From: Podarcis melisellensis
Taxonomy: Eukaryota
Length of the DNA stretch: 64,000 nucleotides
Strand: one strand, 5' to 3'
Assembly (NCBI GenBank): GCA_964234715.1
Contig: OZ174281.1
In this document: in pieces, positions 1-12,975 of the stretch
Layout of the letters: each line of letters begins with the position of its first letter
Position numbering within the stretch: position 1 is the first letter of the stretch
Position numbers and translations under genes: made by a program
Notes under the pieces: generated by a model
Told to the model about the DNA's origin: nothing
Databases searched by the model: none
What the model saw: the letters and a program-made list of their open reading frames with translations, nothing else

Positions 1-1325
1 GCTATATATACAAAGCACTTCTTAGAGCCTCTCAGATGGGAATCTGGAATGCCTCTAACAGATAAGGTTTTCCTTATTTAAAAAATATTGCATATTCATA
101 TCAGTATCCATAAACCTTTGGACTTCTATGAAGACAGAAATCTTGGAGGGAGAGAGTCCTTATCCAAATTGAACTTAGGTGGTGGTGTGAATTGGATACA
201 AGGTGGTAATCATGTGAGACCCAAACAGTAAAATTAACAGAATGTAACTGGTTCTAATGTCATTAGACTATTTGACCTGATTCAGATGTACTGATATGAG
301 TCCAATAAACCAGCCCAGAATATCAAACCAGGATATGGTTTGATATCCTGTCTTTGAAGAGAACTCTTAACAATTTCCACATTTGGATGTCCAGTGAAAC
401 CATGATTTAATAAACCAGGAAGGTTTACCCAAGCCAGTTAACAAGGGGAGGAGAGAGGCCAGGGGTGAGGAAGGGAACACATAGAGAAACTCAGTCTGGT
501 AAACCAAAATTACAGATGAACTGAACTATAAGGTATTTGTTTTCCCCAGAAGTATCAATGTTGGAGCATTTTCTATGTTGGGGAGTTGTTGACAATGTTG
601 TGCTCAAACAGATGAGACCTCAGAGCATGGCATATTTATTATTATGTATTTTGGCTAACCAGACTAGAAACCATTTTTAGATCACACCTTTGGAACATTG
701 CCATTAATAATGTGCTATTAATGTTCTGATATTACTGATGTGCTAGGTCACTTCCATGTGGAATTATATTTTACAATAGTTTCAATTCTGTATTGACCAT
801 GTAAAACATATTGCTGTAAAAGAAACTGTGGGTTTGTAAGCTGTCAGTATGCATTTCAAGCCTCTCTTTATTTTTTCAAAGTACCATGTGTGAAACATCA
901 GGAAAATACCACTCGGCAGCTTGTAATGCCAAGTTTGCTAACACACTTTAGGCCAATTTAGCCCCTCCTCTTTTAACCTACATCACAGTTTTAAAGATGC
1001 AAGGAACCATTTTTGGCAGCTGCCCTGCTTTTATTGCTTCCTGAATTAATTGCGTCAGTTTAGCACATCTCCAGGAAAAGATGCTTCTTCCATTGATTAT
1101 AAACATAGCTACTGAACTCTTAACCATGGCTGCAAAGTAGATTATCTTTTAAAGACACTGGTTTTGAAACTTAGACATTTAATTTAATTATCTTTTCTCA
1201 GAAGTGTACAAAGCAGTGAGAAACCTCATGTGAATAACATATTCATAAGACAATGCAGAGATGCATTTTTTGCCACAAACTCACTAATTTTAGCTATAAT
1301 CACTAGCAATGTTTTTGTTTTACAG

Positions 1326-1679
1326 ACTACTNNNNNNNNNNNNNNNNNNNNNNNNNNNNNNNNNNNNNNNNNNNNNNNNNNNNNNNNNNNNNNNNNNNNN
1401 NNNNNNNNNNNNNNNNNNNNNNNNNNNNNNNNNNNNNNNNNNNNNNNNNNNNNNNNNNNNNNNNNNNNNNNNNNNNNNNNNNNNNNNNNNNNNNNNNNNN
1501 NNNNNNNNNNNNNNNNNNNNNNNNNNNNNNNNNNNNNNNNNNNNNNNNNNNNNNNNNNNNNNNNNNNNNNNNNNNNNNNNNNNNNNNNNNNNNNNNNNNN
1601 NNNNNNNNNNNNNNNNNNNNNNNNNNNNNNNTTAGCTGGATAAAATATTTGAAGGGATCTTTACTATACAACTCAAAAT
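1326..1679 (+). CDS. Probable penultimate coding exon of an unidentified protein-coding gene (mostly N-masked)
   Basis: Acceptor ttttgttttacag|AC at 1325/1326 and donor AAAT|gtatgt at 1679/1680. The visible 3' part has one open frame (SWIKYLKGSLLYNSK). Its terminal T joins GG of the next exon to give Trp in frame. Confidence 0.65.
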
Positions 1680-4039
1680 GTATGTGGAATCATAGCGTGT
1701 TATTCAAAATGACAAATATATTTTTATTTGTGTAACATGCTTCATAGATAGCATGCTTTTCCAGAGGCAGGCAGAGCCACTTGCAAACAATGATATGACC
1801 TACCAGGATGACAGCTTGGTTGTCTTGCGCAAAGCAATTATGGTGCAGTGTCTTAATGGAATTAGAACTTCCTTCCTTCCATTTTACTGTAGAGGAATCC
1901 ATGCTGAAATCAACCCACGCATGACATACTTGTCCTCTGAGTGGCCACCCATGATTCTACCTGGATAGACAGCTTGAGATGGAATGATCCATACTTCACA
2001 GACTGACAATGTGGGTACACAGTGAGGTATTCTGATGACTGGCTTAGCATATGCAAAGAATTGACTTCAACCCACACTCTAACATGTGGTTGGAGTGAAT
2101 CATTGTTTAATCAAACCTTTCTCATACAAAAACACTAAATGCAAACCAATTTATCCTTCAATTTCTAAACAGTAATTTGAAGCATTAATTTGTAAATTAA
2201 TTTATCATGAAGTAGGCCTTTCACAATAGCCACTATTTTTATCTACTCTAAATTGAATCTTTGTGATTTTTAGATTCCTCATATAGTGGGCCAGTACATA
2301 CAGAGCTGGAAATTGAGGCATTTAGATGAGGAACCAGGCTATGGGAGAGTCATTGAACTCTATATGGTTCATGTGACTTGGTGCTATAGTGCATCTACTG
2401 GACATACATTGCCTAGAGAGCGCTGTTTCTTTACAACCCATATTTCCCACCAAAGCATTATCAATGGAACAGAAGTTTGTTTGAAGTAATTTGCCCTTGA
2501 CAGATCTCAAGCTTTTTCAGATATCACAATTTTCTTTTAAGTATATGCAAATAGATCATTTTGTGACTTGTCCTAGTAACGAACCAAGCATGTGTGAAGT
2601 TTTTACTTAGAATTCTAAGTGTATTTTCTTTAGTTTTAATAGCTGTAACATGCTAAATTTGCATTAGAAATATTCAGAGGCCAGAAGTTTAGTTCACTTT
2701 GGCTTATCTCACATTCTACAACCATCCAAAACTAGGAATGGGGCTCTTTTCTCAGACATCAGGGCAGGTTCGTATACTCATGACTACAACACTAAGCAAC
2801 TAAAGGACTTAATGATTTATCACAGGTCTGACATAAGAGATGGGACTTTGATAGCAGGCAGCAGCATCTCAAACACATACATTCCACTGCTAATAAACAA
2901 GTGATGAGAAATAAAGCCAGGACAATGCATGTCTGAATCAACCCTAAGAGTAAGACCAATTGGTCTAGATATTAAATCTATTTAAAATCAGATTCATACC
3001 TTGTGGATGTCGTGTGTCTCAACATACATACAACGGGGAAATTATTGCACCACTGGACATAGTGTATGGCTCAGGGGGAGGCAGAGCAATCTACATGGCA
3101 GGTTTCCCAAAAAAGTGGCCTGGTTTACTGTTGTAGCTAAGAAAAGGAAGTGATCTTCTAAAAAATTCAGTGGAATGTGGCACACTGTAAAGTGTACAGT
3201 TTGTAAAGTTGTCTGATACATGTGCTGAGCAGGTATGAGCAGTTTGCCACATACTCTGACATTAGCTTGGATACAACATTATTCAAGCTAACCTACCGCA
3301 CCTGACCAGAGTTGTCGAGCTCCAGGAGGGCATGGGGGAAAGTACGCCCCACTGCTCACCAGAGGTTGAGGTCCAGTCTTTGGGGGCTATGCCTTGTCAT
3401 GTCTCTTGCCACAGGTGGGGTTTGGCCCACCCAAGGTTGATGTTCAGATTAGCTGCCCACACGTATAATTTCCACAGCAGATGTTATTAATCACATGTGA
3501 CCTTAGTAGGTGTCTTAGTGTCTCCTCTCTTTATTCTTGCATCCAGTTACACTAAGTTTCTTGCAGCCAGGCAATGCATCCCTCTCAAAGCTGAAATGCT
3601 TTCAGATGAGAACATGGCTAGCTGCCACTGTCAGAACGACTCCAAGGAAGTCAGGAGTTTCCTGGGTTCAACAGAGTTACTTTGGCAGCTGACACTGTAC
3701 TTCTCAGATGGCCTTCTCCATGGAGACATTTTTTTTAGATCACTGAAGCAGCCTCTACTTGCTGTGGCTAGAATGATCCACTGAAACGGGTTGGTTTTTT
3801 CCTCCTTCAGTGAAGTTACTCTGGAAGCAGCCACCATGGTTCAGAAAATCCTGCCCCCCTGTTGAACTCTCTATTGACCATATTAATGGAGGTTGTCAGG
3901 TCCAGAACCAATCATCCAATTAGGCTTGGAGGCTTTTTCGTCTTCCTCAATATGCAAATTATAGATAATCAAATGCAGTGTTCATTTTTTTTAAAAAAAA
4001 TCTCTCTTCCACATACCACAGAATAAGTTCCCTAGTCTG

Positions 4040-4340
4040 GTTCACCTCTCTAATCAGCCTCTAATCAGCTTGTTAAAATCAGCCATTTTGAAATCAAATA
4101 CCCTAGTTGCATCCCTTGTCCCAACAGCCCATTCAATTAAATTCATCAGGACTAACTCATGATCGCTTGGTCCAAGGTTATTCCCAACAGCCATTTTATC
4201 TATCATATCCTCACTCCTTGCCAGCACCAAATCCAACATAGCATTTCCTTTTTCCTCAGAAGATTGATTCGCTCCTCATGCATGCAGAGAATGATGACCT
4301 TCTTAACTGGAATCTCTGTAATAGCCATTTCACCTTGATG
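4040..4340 (-). mobile_element. Degraded CR1-clade LINE fragment (end of APE endonuclease domain)
   Basis: Translation LDLVL...VGNNLGPSDHELV...FDFKMADFNKL carries the LDLVL, LGxSDH and DFxKADF motifs of CR1 ORF2; it is interrupted. Confidence 0.75.
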
Positions 4341-5058
4341 CAGACATGATATGCACCACACAAATCTCCTTGGTTGAGAAAAAGATAAAATGTAATTGAA
4401 AAAGGCCCTTTGGAGTGTGGAAAAGGCAGGCCTGGGTACGGGCTGCCAGACCATGGGCCATATCTGGCCATCTTCATAAGACATTCTTCTACTGCATGTT
4501 CTTTTATTTATGCAATCTAGTATCTGCTTCCTACACTAGCCCCTTCTTATATGTGTCTTTGCCATTTAAGGGCAGAATCACAACAAAAGTGGAAAAAAAC
4601 ATTTTGGTGTGATTTTTCTCACCTGCCAGCATGATTCTTGAGAAACAGAAGCATAAGTGTATAGAAAGTAATAAAAGCAAAGGTCTGCTTTTAGCATAAA
4701 CTGTACAAACTATTTTCTTCCCAGGCTGACATTTTATAGTGCCACTCCTGACTTGGCATGAAACCCTTGGTGATGTCATGGCAAAACATTAGTCTGCATT
4801 GAAAAACCAGGCCTTGGGCCCTCAGTAGAACAGTCACATGATAGCTATCTGTCCAAACTCAGCCCAGTTTCAGGGATGGGTGAATTGAGGAATCATTGTA
4901 TATCTTCTTCATAAATTTTAATAGTACAAAAGGTTAAGGTGATTGTTTTCGTTGTTTATTTTTAGCAACAGTTCCATGTGCTTGATTTCATAATAAAGCT
5001 TTGATTTCTTAATTAAATGTGTTCTTATTAGTTTTGGTTGTTTCTCTGTTCTGAACAG

Positions 5059-5174
5059 GGGGCGTTGTCAAACACGGTCCAGCATACAGGCACTTTCTTG
5101 AAGTCTTTGACAGATGGCTCGTCTACTTAGAAGACAATGCAAACATCCAGTGTGTCTTGGATGCTGAAATATAA
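5059..5174 (+). CDS. Probable terminal coding exon of the same gene: (W)GVVKHGPAYRHFLEVFDRWLVYLEDNANIQCVLDAEI*
   Basis: Pyrimidine tract + ctgaacag| acceptor at 5058. The phase matches the upstream donor, and the longest open frame ends at TAA 5172-5174. Protein not recognised. Confidence 0.65.
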
Positions 5175-5265
5175 GACAAGAAAAGTCACACAGTTCAGAT
5201 AACAGTGTAATTGGACATTCACCTGTTTGCCATTTCACACTTCCATGGACGAAAAACTCACTCAC

Positions 5266-5282
5266 CTCCCAGCATGCCTTGC
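5266..5282 (+). promoter_or_regulatory. Staf/ZNF143 (SPH)-like element
   Basis: CTCCCAGCATGCCTTGC closely matches the SPH/SBS motif of vertebrate snRNA-type promoters. It lies ~220-230 bp upstream of an AT-rich box (GAATAAAG, 5498-5505). Confidence 0.5.
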
Positions 5283-8200
5283 NNNNNNNNNNNNNNNNNN
5301 NNNNNNNNNNNNNNNNNNNNNNNNNNNNNNNNNNNNNNNNNNNNNNNNNNNNNNNNNNNNNNNNNNNNNNNNNNNNNNNNNNNNNNNNNNNNNNNNNNNN
5401 NNNNNNNNNNNNNNNNNNNNNNNNNNNNNNNNNNNNNNNNNNNNNNNNNNNNNNNNNNNNNNNNNNNNNNNNNNNNNNTTCCCCATTGTGTTGGCCCGAA
5501 TAAAGGCTTTGCGATTCAGTACNNNNNNNNNNNNNNNNNNNNNNNNNNNNNNNNNNNNNNNNNNNNNNNNNNNNNNNNNNNNNNNNNNNNNNNNNNNNNN
5601 NNNNNNNNNNNNNNNNNNNNNNNNNNNNNNNNNNNNNNNNNNNNNNNNNNNNNNNNNNNNNNNNNNNNNNNNNNNNNNNNNNNNNNNNNNNNNNNNNNNN
5701 NNNNNNNNNNNNNNNNNNNNNNNNNNNNNNNNNNNNNNNNNNNNNNNNNNNNNNNNNNNNNNNNNNNNNNNNNNNNNNNNNNNNNNNNNNNNNNNNNNNN
5801 NNNNNNNNNNNNNNNNNNNNNNNNNNNNNNNNNNNNNNNNNNNNNNNNNNNNNNNNNNNNNNNNNNNNNNNNNNNNNNNNNNTTTGGCCTGGCAAGGATT
5901 CTCAAGAAATTGATCTTCTTATCCGAGCCCATTTTTATGCAAATAATCGATTGAAACACAGTGCATATAGGTGGGAAACGTATTTTGATAAAATTATTTG
6001 CTATAAATTGGATTTAGCAGTAAGCTATATATTGCTGGGCAATACAAGAACAATACTTTACAGGAAGACCAGCAATAGTGAAGCAAACAAATGCAATATA
6101 CAGTGGAGCATTATTGATGTACTAATTGGGGTAAAGAAACAGATTATGAACATTTCATGACATTAAGACCCTTGAAGCGATACATACTTAGAAGAATTAA
6201 ACCAAAGAACTTCTGCTTTATATCTCACATTAATTGCATTTGTTTCATACATTCGTATGCCTGATTAGTAATGCCATCATATTAGTACTATGCCCAATCA
6301 ATGGATGCAAGAATATTGTGTCATCGTTTAACAAAGAAATCCTTAAAGGGACACTGTAACTTTCAAGATATCAGTTATCAACTTTATCCTCTATGAAAGG
6401 ATTTTCATATTATATAGTGATTTGATTCACAAATAAATGTATCTTCTGGAAAATAGTGGAACATTCCAAAGACAAAAAATATTTCAAAGCCTACATTTTT
6501 TTAAATTTATTAAAATAATTTTACCCCACCTTTCATCAGAAAGACCCTTAAGATGGCATTTTAAAATACAGCATTTTAAAACTTAAATATTGTGGTGATA
6601 TTTAAGTTTTTAATATGAAAATGTTTACTTACTAGATGCTGGTAAACTACAACACCCATCATCCCTGGTCATTGACCACACTCGCTGGGGCTGAAAATGG
6701 TGTGAATGACAAAGCATTTAGAGAGAGAATAAGAAGGGGTATTTTAGGCATGTATTATTATACTTTGGAGTCTTAGCTCTTAAGTCAATGTTACTGACTT
6801 TGAGTCAGGGGTCTAGAGCTCATTGTACTCCATTGTACTCTAGGGGCAAATAACAAAGGCAGCACTCGTGTGGAGCAGTTCTGCATAAATCCGAGATTCA
6901 GAATGTGTGGTTTATAGTTTTACCAAATCCTAATGATAGAATCATAGCCCTATAATTCACAATTACTTGTTTACTCCCCATATAATACCTCTAACTGCAC
7001 TTGACCTGTATATTGGAGGGGAACACAAAAACATGATCAGTAGTGGGATATAAATCCCAAATTCACATGTAGTGACCATTATTTGCTGGCTGCTAGAGGT
7101 CATTCTTTTTCTTTCTACCCCAAGGCAATAGCTTCCAGTCTCAGCAGAAAAACTTTGCAGTCTGTTTTGAGTTTGTTTTGAGTTTATTAGTACCCTGGAA
7201 AACTCTGGAATACACATATTTCATAAGTAAATATTTTAGCTGTAAAAATACTAACCAAGGGCTCTGAAGACACAAACTGAAACCTGAATCTTAAGCACTG
7301 GCATTGGAAATTCAGTCACCTTCATTTCAGTGGATTTTGCTTCTAAGAAAGAATACACGATCAGAGTCAAGGTTTCACTTGAGCAGGGGCTCAGCCCTAA
7401 AACTTATTTGTAATACTAAAGACACATGTAATAACAGTAGAAGTGAAGTTTGCCTCTCCATATATTTGGAGTGCATTTGTGAAGCCGCTGAGTAACCACA
7501 ACCATGTCTGTCTATTTAGGAGTAAAGGTGAGCAATTTTAACCAAAGATTGGGGAGTTGGGAATGCATGCACATGCTCAGGCAGCTATCCCATGTTTTCT
7601 TTGCAACTGCACTTTCATCGCAGCATTTGTGCATGCGTTTGGGCGGAGGACACAGACAAATGGTCTCTGGCTCAGTTCCTGGTGTGCAGATTGTAAATTA
7701 GCATATAAATTAGGCACCAAGGAGGTGCAAAGTATTTGTTTAATTCATCAGCATCAGTGAAATAAAATAAACTAGGTGCAGGTTTGGTGGAGATCCCAAG
7801 TGAGGACATACATTTATAAGGTCCTTACACTGCAAAATACTTACAGGGGATCCATTCCCTTTCTTGCGATGCAACTTCAAAAGGCAGCCATGATCTGGTA
7901 GTGTGGCTGATCAGGAATAGGGTCATAAAGCCAGAAAGACAAGACCTAACAGTAAATAACAAAAAGGTAGTTGTATTATTTCTTTTTTAAAAAAAAGTCT
8001 AAAAACTACAGTAGCATACTACTATTACATGCCACTGCAATCTCTGAGTGGTTAGAGACTCCAGGAGTTCCAAGTACTTTCCCTAGAGTTCAGTTTCCTT
8101 GGAATGAAGAACAGAGAGGACTGTGTTGTCTTAAAGATATATGGTTTTATTTACATGCATGTACAACCTGTGCATAGGATGGAAGGGCTTGCAGCATTAA

Positions 8201-8857
8201 CACCCCAGCAGTGCTTGCTTCTCCATTTGGTTACCAGGGAAACACTAAAGTCCAGCACAGAACGAGACGTGTGTCTGTCTGCAGCTTCCAGCCTACCACC
8301 TGTAGCCTCCAGCTCACACAACAACCAACTCTGGCTCTTGTTCTCTTATATACCCGCTAGGTGAGGGAAGTAGGGGGAAAGGCCCACCCTTTTGTTCTAT
8401 GGAATGGAGCAATTTATTTGGATATGCTAAATTGTGGTACTTAACTAGCCATTCAAAACCATTACATTGATGAAGGAACTGGTTTAGCAAGCTTCCCCTT
8501 ATATAGTCTACCCTCACAGATACAGGATTGCAGGTTTAGAAAGGGGATCAAGGGTCCCATTCAGATTGACACACACACACACAGCCACTGCAACTCAACA
8601 ATACCTTTTCCAGAATGAAATAAAATGTCATAAAATAGTGAGCACATTTTGAGGTTTATAAGAATGCTTCTTCATTAAGCATAGTTGAAGCAAACATGCA
8701 AAGAAACAAATAAAAACAAGGCAAGGCATAGCAAAGAAAAAGGTGATGCTTGGGAGTCAAATCTGACTAGGTATGCTTGAAGAATTTGATCTTTACAAAT
8801 TCCTCTACAAAATGACCTCATCAATATTTCATGGACTGGTGCACAAATCAGAACGTA

Positions 8858-9100
8858 GGCTGCAAATCTAACTATGTCCACTTAGAATTAGTTGTTGTTG
8901 TTGTTGTTTAGTCGTTTAGTCATGTCCAACTCTTCATGACCCCATGGACCAGAGCACCCCAGGCACTCCTGTCTTCCACTCCCTCCCACAGCTTGGTCAA
9001 ACTCATGTTAGTAGCTTCGAGTTAAGTCCTATTAGAATTAAGTCCTATTAAATTCAGTAGGGCTTGCTCCTAGGAAAGTAGAGTTAGGACTGCAACCTTA
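8858..9100. mobile_element. Short palindromic MITE interrupted by a BovB insertion
   Basis: Ends ggctgcaaatcta... / ...ttaggactgcaacc are inverted. Related copies occur at ~14525-14615 and ~38420-38480. Confidence 0.5.
8891..9020 (-). mobile_element. 5'-truncated RTE-BovB LINE (3' end)
   Basis: Reverse strand reads ...gcagtggaagacaggagtgcctgg-like...ccatggggtcatgaagagttggacatgactaaacgactaaac(aac)n, the typical BovB 3' end. Apparent TSD ttagaatta at 8882-8890 / 9032-9040. Confidence 0.85.
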
Positions 9101-10236
9101 GTTATCTACTGAATGTGGTACTTCTCTAAATATTGTGATAGGGTAAAAAATAAAGTCTCAAAATGTACATTTATGTATTTACAACATGTCCTTTGAGAGG
9201 GTTTTTTTTTTTAGCACCCTCAAACTAATGTAGAAATGAAACAACATAATTTTATGGGTTCAAAAATATGCAGAAATAGACTGGAAATAGAAGTGGTTTT
9301 TTATATTTTCAGAGGGAAAACAACTGTTTCTTCTCTTTCCAAGAAACCTTTGATGCATCCAGAGAGCCTCCTTACACCTGCTACAGTGAGGCTGATTGAG
9401 GCTGCAATCCTATACAGTCTCTTACCTGAGATCAAGCTTCGATATTTTATATTGTGGCATAACCATGCATAGAATTGCTTTGCATATCTACGTAACACCT
9501 CCTCAACTCCATTTTAAAACTATCACACTTTTAACATCATGCCAAGCAGTATCTTTTTCTTCACTTCTGCTTTGTTTTTGCAAAAGCCTAGCCAGAAGAA
9601 CTTGAACGTTTGCTCATTATTTTGTGACAATTAAGTTATTGACCCTAAATGAACCAATGCAAAACATTTTCATCTCCCATTCTTACTTTCTGGTTCATGC
9701 TCTTGTATGATAGGTTAAGAGAAACAATGCATTCCCATGTAGCCCACTTCAAATACAAGCAGTTGAATTGGTGCCAGGAAATTTGGGTCCATTGTGTTCA
9801 CGGGGGTGGGATTTTAAAAAGCAACAATGTGAAGGCTCTGGAGCATGGAAAGCAGAGGATGAAATGTTACTCATGAGTAGCTTTAGGTTAAATCGTGCCT
9901 ACAACAGCCATATTGAAACACTTGATTTAATATCTTTTTATTCTTTAAAAGAATTAACTTGAAAGGTCACATTAAGGCTCATTCCATCAGAGACATATCC
10001 TGGAAAATATCTCGATTCACATCAGTTCCCATCCGAGAGATTTTCAGAGCTACTGTTCACTCCGAGACAGTTAAAACTGTATTGTCTAAATTCAATGTTG
10101 CATAATAATTTAAAGTTTAGCCTTGTGGTTTCCCAGAACTGGTAAAAGTGACCCAGCCTTTCCTTTCTGCTATTTGTGATTGGGAAAGAGATTAGTGTTC
10201 TGGAAGAATTTTTGCTGAAAGGTCCCCAACACAGAA

Positions 10237-10423
10237 AGTCAGTGTGTTGTAGTGGTTGAACAATGGTGGGAGAGACCCAGATTCGGGTCCACACTCACCC
10301 ATGGAGCTCACTGGATGATCTTGCTCTCAACATTCCTCACAGGGTGGTTGTGTGCATAAATAAGGGAGGAGCATGTATGTTCCCTTGAATGTTGAGAGGA
10401 AATGAGGAATATTAATAAATAAA
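10237..10423 (+). mobile_element. Old tRNA-derived CORE-type SINE (Squam3/MIR-like)
   Basis: A-box-like tgttgtagtggtt, degenerate B-box, cctcacagggtggttgtg core and a (taaa)-type tail. Confidence 0.6.
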
Positions 10424-11619
10424 ACCAGTAAGTCAGAGTGAGAAAGTGCTTATAGCTCGAATGAAGATGAAGAACGGATGAGAAGTGGCCCCAGTCAATA
10501 TCCAGTAGCCTAAGATGCCCAAGAACTGCTGTAGAACTGTACTTTTAACATTCCTGCTGCTCATCTGGTGACAATGACACGTCCCTGCTAGATTTGGATT
10601 ATTCTGGAAAGAAATGACTGTTACAGTAGAGTGTGGCTTTTGTGCCACTCCCTGCTACATAGTGTTTGCTTTATCCACCTGAATCTTGTCTTGATTTTTA
10701 CTAGCATTTCCAAGTTCCTTTCTTTCAAGCCTGATCTTCAGGAATGTTGATAGGCCTTGAGATTGTGGCATGTGCAGGTAGCATAAGAACCTTGTTACTC
10801 CACCTTCTCCAGCCCAGCTGCTGATTCATATTTCCATCTTACACTTCTTCAAGACCAGTATATTGATATGAGTTTGATGAAACTTTGTCACACAGGACAA
10901 CTTGCAAGAGGTTGTGTTTATAAGAGGCACATGAACAACAAGCAAATTCTTTGTAAACTCTCATACCTGAGGAAATCTAAGTATACAAGGTCAATTGAAA
11001 AGGTCTTTTAAAATAATCTTTTCCAAGAGAGTTACCATCTTATGCACATTTTGTCTTGTATGTGAGGTAGCATGAGCATGTTATTTCTTTTACAGAAAAA
11101 TGAAAATAGCAAATTGGGATTTTAGTTGCTTTTACATTTTTTTCCTCTTTTTAAAATTATGGTTATTCACCCATACATTCCCTCTCTGAGTATTCATTTA
11201 GAAGGGAGGTTTTGTAATAGTCACATTTAATTTATCAGGGTGCAATAATTTGTGTTTCCCNNNNNNNNNNNNNNNNNNNNNNNNNNNNNNNNNNNNNNNN
11301 NNNNNNNNNNNNNNNNNNNNNNNNNNNNNNNNNNNNNNNNNNNNNNNNNNNNNNNNNNNNNNNNNNNNNNNNNNNNNNNNNNNNNNNNNNNNNNNNNNNN
11401 AACTGTTCCATAATGGCAATGTAAGGTAATATCGATATGAAAACTCTAACAAATTCTTAACATTGGTTTATGCTACTTAAAGAAAAATAACTGAAGTGGG
11501 AGAGTATAATGGAGAAGGTACTAGTCAAAGCAATGTTCTTTAAAATGGAGTTATCCCTCTACTACTGGTTTATATACTACTAGGAACTCATGCCTGTCAA
11601 AAGATTGGATATTACAGTT

Positions 11620-12510
11620 TACACCAGGAGTTTTGAGGCAGTCATCAAAAGCAGTCCTACACAAAATGTGTTACACTATCAAGTCTTGAGGATATGATGA
11701 TTGCTAGCTCCTAGAGTTACACATCTGGTTACTACCAGGACCTGGTATCTCAGGCACAAATGTGGATCCAAAAATGGATGCAAAATCTTTAAGCCCCAGC
11801 GACAATCTTTACTTTGGTTGCCTGGGTTTAGGTTCACTGGATAAGCACCAATACTGCAGCAACTGGATCACCTAATCACCCCATCATGTGACCAACATAC
11901 CACATGAAGACTCACTAGAACCACTCTCAAGTAGTCTTCCAAATTCACCCCAGGTCCTACAGTAAAGTCAGCAGTATGTTAAATGGAATCAAAGATGATT
12001 ATCTCCCGGTGTAAATGGTCAACCAGGACCCCACGCATAGACTCACTCCCATACCAAGTTACAAGCCAAAACAGCAAACAGCCAGGTGGCCCCCAGAAGA
12101 TGAACCAAAAATGAACCTCTGGTGCATCACATCAGACATTAAATATAAAAGTCTCCAAATAGAGACAACTTGAGTATGCCAGGTCAATCACCACTTGGTA
12201 CAGCTCCACTAGTCAATACTTCATTCTGTGATCGGATTTTGCCCAAGTGCAATGATCAGCAATTTGCCTGTACTGTAAATGGAATATTTAAAGGCATGTC
12301 TCTTCCGTTATGTTGTGCCATGTGAATTAGCATTGTCAGAGGAGGCCCTTCTTAAGGTAACCCTCATTTGTGGCAGTGAAAACAGGAGTGAGTTGATCTT
12401 ATAGTACACCTCTGTAGAGTCCCCTCTCTTTTGGATTACCTTCCCAGATAAATGTGCCTGCCTGACTCCATTGCTAGTTTCAGGAATTCATCCAAGACTT
12501 TCTGTTTTCA
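11620..12510. mobile_element. Highly degraded L2-like LINE remnants
   Basis: 12330-12510 resembles the L2 ORF2 3' end (AP-LW--LP motif region). The upstream part has weak RT-like remnants on the minus strand. Confidence 0.35.
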
Positions 12511-12836
12511 CTGTAAATTCTGTGTGTCAAACTGCAGTAGCTCTTGGGGAGCAAACATTTGCTGTTTATGAGTATAAAAATAAACGACAAAGGAATGAAC
12601 TCCGAGAGCTTGTACAATTACCTATTTGAAGTGCGGGTCAAGCTGACCCAGACCGTGACCATTCAGTGGTGTGTGTGTTATGACAAGGCCCTGGCTTTAC
12701 CGTACTGCTTTACTGCCAACACACTGATGTCTAGAGGAAGCCTTCCCTGAACAGCTTCTAATCTCAGAGTATGGTAAATCATAGCTCAGACTGTTTTGAC
12801 ATGGTTTGAAAAAAGTTATCATGAAAACACCTGCAT

Positions 12837-12975
12837 CAGGTGTAAGGAACCTTTGGCCCTCCAGATGATGTCAATCTATGACTCCCAGAATCCCTGGTCA
12901 CTGTCCATTCTTGCTGGACCCGATGAGAGTTGTAGTTCAGCAACATCTGGAGGGCCAAAGTTTACTCATTACAGA
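12837..12975. mobile_element. ~140-bp palindromic hAT-type MITE
   Basis: ctttggccctccagatg...catctggagggccaaag inverted arms around an actcccag...gagagttgtagt core. Confidence 0.65.

Noticed and set aside
3590-3615. 15-16-bp inverted match (ctcatctgaaagcat) to ~19620-19637 beside the Ngaro site
   Set aside because: The similarity barely extends; it is probably two old copies of one LINE region or chance.
1230-5959. ORF-track entries spanning N blocks
   Set aside because: They are open only because N translates as X.
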